Position numbers and translations under genes: made by a program. A stretch of 20,424 nt of DNA from a virus. The notes below the pieces were generated by a model. The model did no database searches. It saw nothing but the letters and a program-made list of their open reading frames with translations, and was not told the origin of the DNA. The stretch lies in UHGV virus genome UHGV-0172319; one strand, 5' to 3'. Shown here piece by piece: positions 7,315 to 14,634 of this stretch (positions are counted from its first letter, which is position 1; every line of letters starts with the position of its first letter).

Positions 7315-8351
7315 GATGACACTCCTTTCCCTGCCTCAGTTGACCAGATGTTGTTCCACCCAAACTGCGCCAGACCGTGGTTATAGCCTTTTGCCTTCAG
7401 CCCATCACGATCAGCTTTTGCACGGACCAATACTTCAACTTCGCTTTTCGGCTCGTTATTAGCTTCAAGGTCATGGTATCGACGCCAGGCAAGATCACGC
7501 TCAGCGGTATCAACACCAGCGTCCTGGCTGTAGCCATTCAGTTGCGTGGCCTGTCTTTTTGTCTTATTCCAGTCTTCTCTGGCTGGTCGCCCACGGCTTT
7601 CCCAGCGCGTGGCACTCTGCAGATAGCCTTCGAACTTCTTCGGGCCGAACAGCGTTTCAGGGCGCATGTACTGGTACTGCTCATCGTTGCCGTGCCAGTG
7701 CTCGTGTTTCAGGTCGATAACCAGTTGCAGGTCAGCAACGCTGTAACCTTCACGCAGACGAGCACGAATGTTTTCCAGCGAGGTTTTTGATTTCTGAAAG
7801 CGGGAGCCGCTGACCTGGTTCAAATGGGTTAAAACAAGAATGGCGTTATCGGTGATCACAACTTCAGGGTCTGGTTGCGACGCAACCGGACAAGAAGGTT
7901 TTTTACCTGATGGATCAGTAGTTGAATTTACTGACGGATCCCCGCCAGATTCTGACGGGTGAAAACCGCAATTCTGACCGGATTTTGACGCATCAAATTT
8001 TGACGGGTCAGATTTTGATGCGTCAGATTTTGACGGGTCAGAATCTGACAGGTGAGCGAATGCAACTGTCTGGAGTTTTGCCACATTCAACTGATAAACA
8101 TTGGAGGCATTTCGGTTGCCCTGTCGCCGCGCTTTGCGTGACAACCAGCCATCGGCTTCAAGCTTCGCTATTGCCGTTCTGACAGTGCTGACGCCTGCGC
8201 CAAGCTGGCGCGCGATTGTTTCAATGGAAGGCCAGCAGACACCTTCGTCATTGCTGAAATCAGCCAGGCGCGCCATAATAGCCACGCTGGATAACTTCAT
8301 TCCTGACGCTGCACAGGCATCCCATACATAGCCTGTCAATTTAGTGCTCAT
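7311..8351 (-). CDS. Phage replication initiation protein (replisome organizer, O-like) with N-terminal HTH and internal repeat region
   Basis: 346 aa; N-terminal winged-HTH-like segment; central peptide repeats (SDSDPSKSDASKSDPSKFDASKS) encoded by DNA iterons; position after cro/cII matches lambda O / P22 gene 18. Confidence 0.7.
   Translation of the reverse strand: MSTKLTGYVWDACAASGMKLSSVAIMARLADFSNDEGVCWPSIETIARQLGAGVSTVRTAIAKLEADGWLSRKARRQGNRNASNVYQLNVAKLQTVAFAHLSDSDPSKSDASKSDPSKFDASKSGQNCGFHPSESGGDPSVNSTTDPSGKKPSCPVASQPDPEVVITDNAILVLTHLNQVSGSRFQKSKTSLENIRARLREGYSVADLQLVIDLKHEHWHGNDEQYQYMRPETLFGPKKFEGYLQSATRWESRGRPAREDWNKTKRQATQLNGYSQDAGVDTAERDLAWRRYHDLEANNEPKSEVEVLVRAKADRDGLKAKGYNHGLAQFGWNNIWSTEAGKGVSS
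7948..8051. repeat. Iteron array (about 7 tandem copies of a roughly 12-15 bp unit, consensus approx. TCAGATTTTGACGG); candidate replication origin inside the replication gene
   Basis: Direct tandem repeats read in sequence (tctgacggg / attctgaccg / gattttgacgc / aattttgacggg / tcagattttgatgc / gtcagattttgacggg / tcagaatctgacagg). Confidence 0.6.
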
Positions 8352-8694
8352 GCTTCAACCCTTTTAAACTTATCCCTGAACCGCTCAACAGGCTGCATGC
8401 AGTCATGTGGGTAACCTTTTCGCCTGAAAATAACTTGTCGCTTTTCGCGTTCATATCCGATGACGTGGACTTCAATTCCCCGGTGGTCTCTGTATTTGCG
8501 ATCAAGCTCTTCCACTCTTTCGGCCCCTTTTCATTCATGGCTGAAAATGCGCCTACCAAATTGTCCGCAGGCTGGTAGTTGTGGCTGCCATCGGCGCAAC
8601 GTACTCTTTCCACATAGCCGAACGGGACATTACGCCCCACCAGCGGCGGACAACGAAATTGCTTCGCGGGTCTGAATCGGTTTAAACTGTTCAT
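8341..8694 (-). CDS. Hypothetical protein between cII-like gene and replication gene
   Basis: 117-aa ORF with plausible RBS (GGAG, 9 nt spacing); no recognisable motif; overlaps the replication gene start by 11 nt. Confidence 0.4.
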   Translation of the reverse strand: MNSLNRFRPAKQFRCPPLVGRNVPFGYVERVRCADGSHNYQPADNLVGAFSAMNEKGPKEWKSLIANTETTGELKSTSSDMNAKSDKLFSGEKVTHMTACSLLSGSGISLKGLKHEH

Positions 8695-8755
8695 GCGTTA
8701 GTTTCTCCACTGAATACGACACGCCACGACGCCAGGAGCTGCACACTCGCTGGCG

Positions 8756-9220
8756 TCACTTCTTTTGACGACGACTGAATAACGCCACAATCGCGCGAAT
8801 TTCTTCTTCACGTGCAGCCAGATGACGTCGGTGATGTTCCTGAATCTCTTCGGCTTCATGTTTTTCAATCACCCCATCCTCAAGTGCTTTCTGGATAATT
8901 TGATCCACCTGCCCTCTTGCAGCTGCTGTACGCATTGCTCGACTGAACAAGTCAACACGGTCTAGATCTTCCAGGCTTGGCAAGTCCACCAGAAGTGCTC
9001 CGCGGCGCTTGGCAAAGTAGTCAGCAACAAATGACGTATTAGAAATGTCTTCCATCGCTTCCAGTTCAGTTACTTCAAAGAACCGGCATCCGTTTTTCTC
9101 GTACAGGTTGTTGTTGAACTGGGTTTCTGACATGCCTAACGCACCAGCCATAGCCTGACGGCCTCCGGGGTACGCCTTGCACATCGCTTTCACTACTTCT
9201 TTCAAGGTTTGCTCTACCAT
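8756..9220 (-). CDS. CII-like early regulatory protein (putative)
   Basis: 154 aa from ATG at 9220 with RBS AAGGA; located immediately downstream of cro as lambda cII / P22 c1 is. The longer ORF start at 9289 would overlap cro. Confidence 0.5.
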   Translation of the reverse strand: MVEQTLKEVVKAMCKAYPGGRQAMAGALGMSETQFNNNLYEKNGCRFFEVTELEAMEDISNTSFVADYFAKRRGALLVDLPSLEDLDRVDLFSRAMRTAAARGQVDQIIQKALEDGVIEKHEAEEIQEHHRRHLAAREEEIRAIVALFSRRQKK

Positions 9221-9245
9221 CTTGTTTTTCCTTTGGTAGTTACTT

Positions 9246-9443
9246 TTACGCTGCTGAATCTGTAGCCTTCTGGTAAAGAGCAGCGTCATATTTCAATTTG
9301 CCTTTTGTGATTCGTTCGATCACGAAGGCCTGTTTCTCTGGAATGACTTCACCCCACCTGCAAACTGCCGGGTGAGAAATACCGAGCGCATATGCGGTTT
9401 TGGATACACCGCCAAAATGCTCAAGAACTTCTGATTTACGCAT
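9246..9443 (-). CDS. cro: Cro-like repressor (P22 Cro family)
   Basis: 65 aa; VLEHFGGVSKTAYALGISHPAVCRWGEVIPEKQAF...KGKLKYD resembles P22 Cro (as recalled from memory, not searched); divergent from cI; RBS GGAGGG. Confidence 0.8.
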   Translation of the reverse strand: MRKSEVLEHFGGVSKTAYALGISHPAVCRWGEVIPEKQAFVIERITKGKLKYDAALYQKATDSAA

Positions 9444-9538
9444 GTTCCCTCCTAGTTAACCTACGCCCTAAAGGTAACAAAAGGTACATTAAATAGCAAA
9501 CAACAGTTACAGGAAAACAATGTAACATTCGTTACATG
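9444..9538. promoter_or_regulatory. OR-like immunity operator/promoter region between divergent cro and cI
   Basis: Contains operator copy GGTAACAAAAGGTACATT (9473-9490) and a related inverted element TGTAACATTCGTTACATG (9521-9538) overlapping the cI start; several GTAAC/GTTAC hexamers. Confidence 0.65.
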
Positions 9539-10198
9539 AAAACAGAGATGAAAGACCGAATCAGATCAAGGCGTGTACAGCTCGATATAACGCAGCAGAC
9601 CCTAGCTAAAAAGCTGGGGGTTAGCCGTGTATCTGTAACAAAATGGGAAAGCGGAACCACAAAACCAGATGGAGAGAACCTTCATCAGTTAGCGCTGGCT
9701 CTGCAAACCACCCCAGAATGGATTCTTTATGGTCAGGGCGATGATGAAAAAGTTGATGACACAAAATTAGTGCCATACTTAAAAACACCAACCGCCGTCC
9801 CAATTATTTCTGCTGTTCAGGCAGGCCTGTGGACTGATACCTATGCATGCTCAAGGCTGACTGATGTGATTTCCTGGACTCAAACAACTGCTAATGTTTC
9901 TGACGAAGTTTTTGGTCTTGTCGTTCGCGGCGAATCGATGACAAACCCACATGGACTCCCTTCAATACCTGAAGGCTCTATCGTAATCGTTGAACCACAC
10001 TATGGTCAGCTAGATGACCTTTATGGGAAGATCGTAGTTGCAGTTCTGGATGGCTCTGCTGAAGCTACGGTGAAAAAGTTAGTATGGGATAGCCCTTATG
10101 CCTATCTCATGCCACTAAATCCAGTGTTTAAACCCATTCAGATTGATGGAAATTGCAGAATCGTTGGAAAGGTTGTTCAGATTACGCAAAACCTATAG
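9536..10198 (+). CDS. cI: CI-type prophage repressor (N-terminal HTH plus C-terminal S24 LexA-like autopeptidase domain)
   Basis: 220 aa; HTH (LDITQQTLAKKLGVSRVSVTKWESG); C-terminal VVRGESM (Ser nucleophile) and TVKKL (Lys) as in lambda CI/LexA; divergent from cro. Confidence 0.9.
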   Translation: MKTEMKDRIRSRRVQLDITQQTLAKKLGVSRVSVTKWESGTTKPDGENLHQLALALQTTPEWILYGQGDDEKVDDTKLVPYLKTPTAVPIISAVQAGLWTDTYACSRLTDVISWTQTTANVSDEVFGLVVRGESMTNPHGLPSIPEGSIVIVEPHYGQLDDLYGKIVVAVLDGSAEATVKKLVWDSPYAYLMPLNPVFKPIQIDGNCRIVGKVVQITQNL

Positions 10199-10218
10199 TC
10201 CTCACCTCATCATGTAAT

Positions 10219-10245
10219 GCCAGCGAGATCGCTGGCTTTTTTTTT
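10219..10245 (+). terminator. Rho-independent terminator downstream of cI
   Basis: GCCAGCGA..TCGCTGGC stem followed by a run of nine T. Confidence 0.6.
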
Positions 10246-10249
10246 ACCC

Positions 10250-10310
10250 AAAAGGTAACAAAAAGTACATTACACACTTGACCATCATGGTAACTAAAGG
10301 TACATTCTTA
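10250..10310 (+). promoter_or_regulatory. OL-like operators with pL-like promoter (-35 TTGACC 10278-10283, -10 TACATT 10301-10306, 17-bp spacer)
   Basis: Two further copies of the 18-bp operator: GGTAACAAAAAGTACATT (10254-10271) and GGTAACTAAAGGTACATT (10289-10306); the latter overlaps the -10 element. Confidence 0.65.
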
Positions 10311-10583
10311 TTACACCGTAGGAACCATTGGTTACCACGGAAAGTTCCTTGTTCTGGCTGTTCACTTTCCCCTTGAGGGTGTCAGCCAGCCTTTTCAGGG
10401 CACAACATGCAAGCGCACTCCTTCACTTACCAGTTATGGGTGACAGGTGTGAAACGGCGGAGTGCGCTTGCAGTTGTGGTGAAGTGCAGCCCTCAGAGGT
10501 AACCAGAAGATAAGCATCTGGCGCCACAACCCAATCACGTAGCCAGCGTGGTACCAGGAAGTAAGAAAGCTGTGTGTAGTCTT

Positions 10584-10655
10584 GGCGGTACCAGGGTCTT
10601 CAACCTGAAAAAAGGGGGACGAAGATAATGTTCTACCTCGGTACCGCCCTTTTTT
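10584..10655 (+). terminator. Terminator/attenuator-like structure in the early-left leader
   Basis: 9-bp perfect inverted repeat GGCGGTACC (10584-10592) / GGTACCGCC (10640-10648) followed by TTTTTT; an upstream AAAAAAGGG tract (10608-10616) can alternatively pair with CCCTTTTTT (10647-10655). Confidence 0.4.
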
Positions 10656-10791
10656 ACAAAACAGACAAGGGCATCACCGGGCGACGGGCTCATAACCCAA
10701 TCCACCCGGGCGGTTGCAGCCGCAGGTGCTCTTGTCTGTTTTGTGGAGAAACTAACTGGCGGTTGCGACCGCCAACTCGAGGGTTAAGACG

Positions 10792-11163
10792 ATGAGTAAT
10801 GACCGCATGACCGTAGTGCCCGATTTCCTGGGCGAACTGGATGCCGGCGTGTTCATGAACAAGATCGCCGCTGCGCTGAATACCACCGCGCTCGGCGTTC
10901 TGAACAACGGCAACAAAGGCAAGGTAGTCCTCACCTTTGATTTTGAGCGTATGGGTAACTCCGTCGAAGAAAAGCGCGTCAAGATCAAGCACAAGCTGAA
11001 CTACAGCACCCCGACACCGCGCGGTAAAGCGTCTGAAGAGGACACAACCGAAACCCCTATGTGGGTCAACAAAGGCGGGAAGCTCACCATCCTCCAGGAG
11101 GATCAGGGGCAACTGTTCGGGATCACCGGTACGGTGGACGGAAAGCTTAAAGCGGCTCAGTGA
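10792..11163 (+). CDS. Hypothetical early-left protein (resembles CPS-53 YfdP-type gene by position and size)
   Basis: 123 aa; RBS GAGGG; first gene after the pL leader; family assignment from memory only. Confidence 0.5.
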   Translation: MSNDRMTVVPDFLGELDAGVFMNKIAAALNTTALGVLNNGNKGKVVLTFDFERMGNSVEEKRVKIKHKLNYSTPTPRGKASEEDTTETPMWVNKGGKLTILQEDQGQLFGITGTVDGKLKAAQ

Positions 11164-11219
11164 TCCGCAGCAACAAATTCACTGATACCACTTCGATCAT
11201 CAGTTAATAAGGAATTTCT

Positions 11220-12047
11220 ATGTCTCAGTTAGACAGCGGTGCATTTAAGCAGGTAAAAGACCTGGTCCTTTCTGGCTACCACCTGAATGATATTCAGGAT
11301 CTGGCATGCCCTACCGCTTTGTTGCCAGAAGGAACCAGCGTTGAAAGCCTCGAGCGTTTTTCTCTGGAGCGTTTCCGCTTTCGCGGCGCAATGACCACGA
11401 CCAGCATTGACGACTTCGCTCGTTACTCGAAGGGTTACGCCAGCGCCGACGAACCCGCCCGTTGCTTTATTGACGCTGACAACATGACCGCCCGCTCGGT
11501 ATTCAATATCGGTTCCCTGAAAAATCCTGGACATGCCGATAACGTTGCCGCTATCACCCTGAAGAAAACTGCCCCGTTCCGCGCTCTGCTGCAGATCGAT
11601 GGTCAACGCCTGAAGCAAAAGCAAATCGCTGAATGGCTGGAAGACTGGAGCGATTATCTGCTGGCGTTCGATGCTGATGGCAATACGATGCAAATTTCCC
11701 AGGCCGCCCAGGCTGTACGCCGTATCACTATCCAGCAGGCAACCCAGCAGGATCATGAAACGGGTGACTTCGCAGGTAAACGTTCACTCATGCAAAGCGT
11801 CGAAGCCAGCAGCAAAGATGTCATGCCGGTGGCGTTCGAGTTCAAGTGTGTGCCGTATGAAGGGCTTGGCGAGCGCCGCTTTAGTCTGCGTAACAGCCTG
11901 CTGACTGGTGATGAGCCAAGCTTTGTTCTGCGTATCGTCCAACTGGAAGCCCAGGAAGAAGCGATCGCCAACGAGTTTCGCGATCTGCTGATCAGTAAAT
12001 TCGACGGTGAATCAGTAGAAACTTTCATCGGTAACTTTAAAGCATAA
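11220..12047 (+). CDS. DUF2303-family protein (YfdQ-like)
   Basis: 275 aa; RBS AAGGAA; size and position match the CPS-53 yfdQ-yfdR arrangement; immediately precedes the HD-domain gene. Confidence 0.65.
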   Translation: MSQLDSGAFKQVKDLVLSGYHLNDIQDLACPTALLPEGTSVESLERFSLERFRFRGAMTTTSIDDFARYSKGYASADEPARCFIDADNMTARSVFNIGSLKNPGHADNVAAITLKKTAPFRALLQIDGQRLKQKQIAEWLEDWSDYLLAFDADGNTMQISQAAQAVRRITIQQATQQDHETGDFAGKRSLMQSVEASSKDVMPVAFEFKCVPYEGLGERRFSLRNSLLTGDEPSFVLRIVQLEAQEEAIANEFRDLLISKFDGESVETFIGNFKA

Positions 12048-12058
12048 TTGCTCAGCAT

Positions 12059-12086
12059 TAAATCCCCGGCGTCGCGGGGATTTATT
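12059..12086 (+). terminator. Stem-loop, weak terminator or attenuator, between yfdQ-like and yfdR-like genes
   Basis: AAATCCCCG..CGGGGATTT hairpin followed by ATTG; may allow read-through. Confidence 0.4.
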
Positions 12087-12178
12087 GAAGCGTAATTCCT
12101 TTATATATCGCCATCTGGCGAGGGATTCGTGCAACCAAAAATCGTGCGGTGCAGCGCACCAATTAAGGAGAACTAACG

Positions 12179-12718
12179 ATGAGTTTTATCCAGACTCTTT
12201 CCGGTAAGAAGTTCGATTATATCAACTCCACCATTGACGATATTGATATCGAAGACATCGCCGGGGCGCTTTCCAATATCTGCCGCTTCGCGGGGCACCT
12301 GTCGGAATTTTACAGCGTGGCGCAGCACTCCGTTCTGTGCAGTCAGCTCGTGGCGCCAGAGTTCGCCTTTGAAGCGCTGATGCATGATGCCGCAGAGGCA
12401 TACTGCCTGGACATCCCTGCCCCGCTGAAAGCTTTGTTGCCAGATTACCGCCGGATCGAGACGCGCACGGATCAACTGATCCGCCTGAAATTCGGCCTGC
12501 CTCTCGACGAGACATACCTCGTTAAATATGCCGACCTGACTATGCTAGCGACCGAGCGCCGGGATCTGGATATCGACGACGGCTCCATATGGCCGATTCT
12601 GGAAGGTATTCCACCAACGGATTTATTCGAAATTCATCCTTTGCGCCCCGGTCAGGCTTTCGGCCTGTTCATTAACCGGTTCAATGAACTGATGGAGCTG
12701 CGCCAATGCGCCGCCTGA
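12179..12718 (+). CDS. HD-domain phosphohydrolase (YfdR-like 5'-deoxynucleotidase family)
   Basis: 179 aa; HD motif (ALMHDAAEAY) and upstream His (SVAQHS); RBS AAGGAG; size and motifs consistent with CPS-53 YfdR. Confidence 0.8.
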   Translation: MSFIQTLSGKKFDYINSTIDDIDIEDIAGALSNICRFAGHLSEFYSVAQHSVLCSQLVAPEFAFEALMHDAAEAYCLDIPAPLKALLPDYRRIETRTDQLIRLKFGLPLDETYLVKYADLTMLATERRDLDIDDGSIWPILEGIPPTDLFEIHPLRPGQAFGLFINRFNELMELRQCAA

Positions 12719-12882
12719 AAGTAAAGGAGCTTGTTGCGGAGGCGCATGCCTCCGTACCGGAACTACCAGCAAAGCATGGGCGGCTTATGAAAGAGGTCGC
12801 AACACGACTGGAAGCAACCTATGCAGCGTTAACCGAGTCACTGGCTCGGCTGGATCAACAACGTGAAGGTAATGCGCAATGA
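12706..12882 (+). CDS. Small hypothetical protein (58 aa), translationally coupled on both sides
   Basis: ATG at 12706 overlaps the yfdR-like stop; its TGA overlaps the ATG of the next gene (ATGA). Translation MRRLKVKELVAEAHASVPELPAKHGRLMKEVATRLEATYAALTESLARLDQQREGNAQ. Absent from the ORF track. Confidence 0.3.
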   Translation: MRRLKVKELVAEAHASVPELPAKHGRLMKEVATRLEATYAALTESLARLDQQREGNAQ

Positions 12883-13133
12883 CCGTATTCGAATACGTCC
12901 AGGCCTATCCCAATACCACCAGCAGCGATATTGCTAAAGCGCTGCACAGAAGGACACCTGTCGTGGCCGGCGCACTATCGCAACTCTACACCACTGGCCA
13001 CATCGTAAAAACTGGCGTTCGTGGTGGCGCACCAACTTACCGCGTTAACGATCTGCCATTCGGCTGCAGTAATCCTCTGACGCTAATGTTCAACCAGCTT
13101 TTACAGGCAGTTCGCCGGGAGGCAGCCCAATGA
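12879..13133 (+). CDS. Hypothetical small protein (84 aa, possible winged-helix)
   Basis: ORF with coupled start; overlaps the downstream PAPS-reductase-family gene by 4 nt. Confidence 0.5.
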   Translation: MTVFEYVQAYPNTTSSDIAKALHRRTPVVAGALSQLYTTGHIVKTGVRGGAPTYRVNDLPFGCSNPLTLMFNQLLQAVRREAAQ

Positions 13134-14155
13134 GCAACATTGACCAGCGCTGCCTTGCAAAAAACACCTTCAATTTAATTTCCATGTCCGGTGGGAAGGA
13201 CTCTCTCGCACAATGTCTGTACGCAGTAGAGAACGGCGTGCAGCACGAGCGGGTGTTTGCTGACACTGGTCACGAACACCCACAAACGATGGAGTACCTC
13301 GATTACCTGGAACAAAAGCTGGGTCCGATTCGCTGTGTAAAAGCCGACTTTACTCGTCAGATCGAGGGTAAGCGTAAATTCATTGCAGAAAAATGGCCGG
13401 TCTCCCTCGTTGAAGAATGTGGGATGTCTCAAGATGAAGCGGCGGAGCGCATTGCAAAAGCCTTAGAAATCCTCCACCCAACCGGTAATCCATTTCTTGA
13501 CCTGTGCATGTGGAAAGGCCGATTTCCGAGCACAAAGGCGCGGTTCTGCACGTTCGACCTTAAACATGAGCCTGTACGCACTCAGGTGGTGCTGCCGGCA
13601 CTTGATGAATATGACGAGGTTATCAGCTGGCAGGGTGTACGCGCCCAGGAATCGCCAGCGCGGGCCGGCCTGCCAATGTGGGAAGAAGATGCAGACAATA
13701 CGCCTGGCCTGCACGTCTATCGTCCGATCCTCAACTGGCTGCATGAGGATGTATTCGCCATTGCTAAACGCCACGGTATTAAACCTAACCCACTCTACCA
13801 GCAGGGATGCAGCCGGGTTGGGTGTATGCCGTGTATTCATGCTCGTAAATCTGAACTGGCAGAAATTTTCCAGCGCTGGCCGGAGGAAATCGCCAGGGTG
13901 GCGGAGTGGGAGCGATTCGTTGCGGCCTGCTCCCGCCGTGGAAATTCTACCTTCTTCCCGTCGACTCATGACCCACGAAGGGCGGAACGTCGCATAGACG
14001 TTATCACTGTTGACGGTTACGGGATTGAAACCTATCGAGACTGGGCAATGACCACTCGCGGGGGGCGCAATTTGATTTACTGGCCGCTGCGAACGATAAA
14101 TCCGTGTGCAGCAGTATTTATGCGGGGGTGTGCGAATGAACGAAAAACTACTTGA
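13130..14155 (+). CDS. PAPS-reductase-family PP-loop ATP pyrophosphatase-like protein
   Basis: 341 aa; PP-loop motif SMSGGKDS near the N-terminus; Cys-rich C-terminal region (GCSRVGCMPC); RBS GGAGG. Confidence 0.8.
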   Translation: MSNIDQRCLAKNTFNLISMSGGKDSLAQCLYAVENGVQHERVFADTGHEHPQTMEYLDYLEQKLGPIRCVKADFTRQIEGKRKFIAEKWPVSLVEECGMSQDEAAERIAKALEILHPTGNPFLDLCMWKGRFPSTKARFCTFDLKHEPVRTQVVLPALDEYDEVISWQGVRAQESPARAGLPMWEEDADNTPGLHVYRPILNWLHEDVFAIAKRHGIKPNPLYQQGCSRVGCMPCIHARKSELAEIFQRWPEEIARVAEWERFVAACSRRGNSTFFPSTHDPRRAERRIDVITVDGYGIETYRDWAMTTRGGRNLIYWPLRTINPCAAVFMRGCANERKTT

Positions 14156-14294
14156 TGACGACGTAAAAATCCTCCGCCGTCAAATCGATGAAGGTCGACC
14201 ATATGCCGAAGTGATTAATTTCATGGTTAATCAACTGGGATTAACCCACCAGGAAGCGCAGGACGTTTACGAGCGTCTGGCATGTGAGGACTAA
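14136..14294 (+). CDS. Small hypothetical protein (52 aa)
   Basis: ATG at 14136 preceded by a GGGGG RBS; overlaps the end of the PAPS-reductase-family gene; the track ORF starts earlier at 14106. Confidence 0.35.
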   Translation: MNEKLLDDDVKILRRQIDEGRPYAEVINFMVNQLGLTHQEAQDVYERLACED

Positions 14295-14422
14295 CGGGTT
14301 CATTTACAGCAATGGATACCGCTTATCAGAAGATGCTCGCTGCATCACCATTGCATTCAGCCACCAGCACTGATAATTGATGTTACAGCCCGGGTGCAGC
14401 CGGGCTAAGTGGAGAAACAGCC

Positions 14423-14632
14423 ATGGCAAAGCTAATGAAGGCGAGTCAATGGGGACGCCGTGAATTTACCAATGACTCAGTTCCTGACAACCGAACTATT
14501 AGACGTTGGGTCGAGAATGGTTTACTCATGGGACGTATCGTGGACGGTTCTGTTTTTGTCTGCGAAACAGAAAAATGGGGTGTCGACTCAATGGTTAGTC
14601 AAGTAGTTCGCCAGTTAATTAATGAGGGCTGA
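14423..14632 (+). CDS. xis: Excisionase (Xis)
   Basis: 69 aa; TIRRWVENGLLMGRIVDGSVFV resembles the lambda Xis winged-helix core; immediately upstream of int with 1-codon spacing; RBS GGAG. Confidence 0.65.
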   Translation: MAKLMKASQWGRREFTNDSVPDNRTIRRWVENGLLMGRIVDGSVFVCETEKWGVDSMVSQVVRQLINEG

Positions 14633-14634
14633 CC

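Noticed and set aside
7377-8331. Plus-strand ORFs 7377-7790, 7922-8182, 8101-8331 opposite the replication gene
   Set aside because: Antisense to the replication initiator; the 7922-8182 ORF is an artefact of the iteron repeats (QILTG peptide repeats).
10328-10513. 61-aa ORF (TTG start) in the pL leader as a possible N-like antiterminator
   Set aside because: No ATG start or RBS, no arginine-rich N-terminal motif expected of N proteins; the region is better explained as structured RNA.
10690-12515. Minus-strand ORFs 10690-11112, 10752-10994, 11229-11756, 11753-12058, 12173-12475, 12222-12515 and + ORF 11671-11904
   Set aside because: Antisense to or embedded in the coupled early-left genes (YfdP/Q/R-like) that have RBSs and recognisable domains.
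13175-13997. ORFs 13175-13432 (-), 13463-13969 (-), 13497-13997 (+)
   Set aside because: Inside the PAPS-reductase-family gene, which carries a clear PP-loop motif; Arg/Ala-rich spurious frames.
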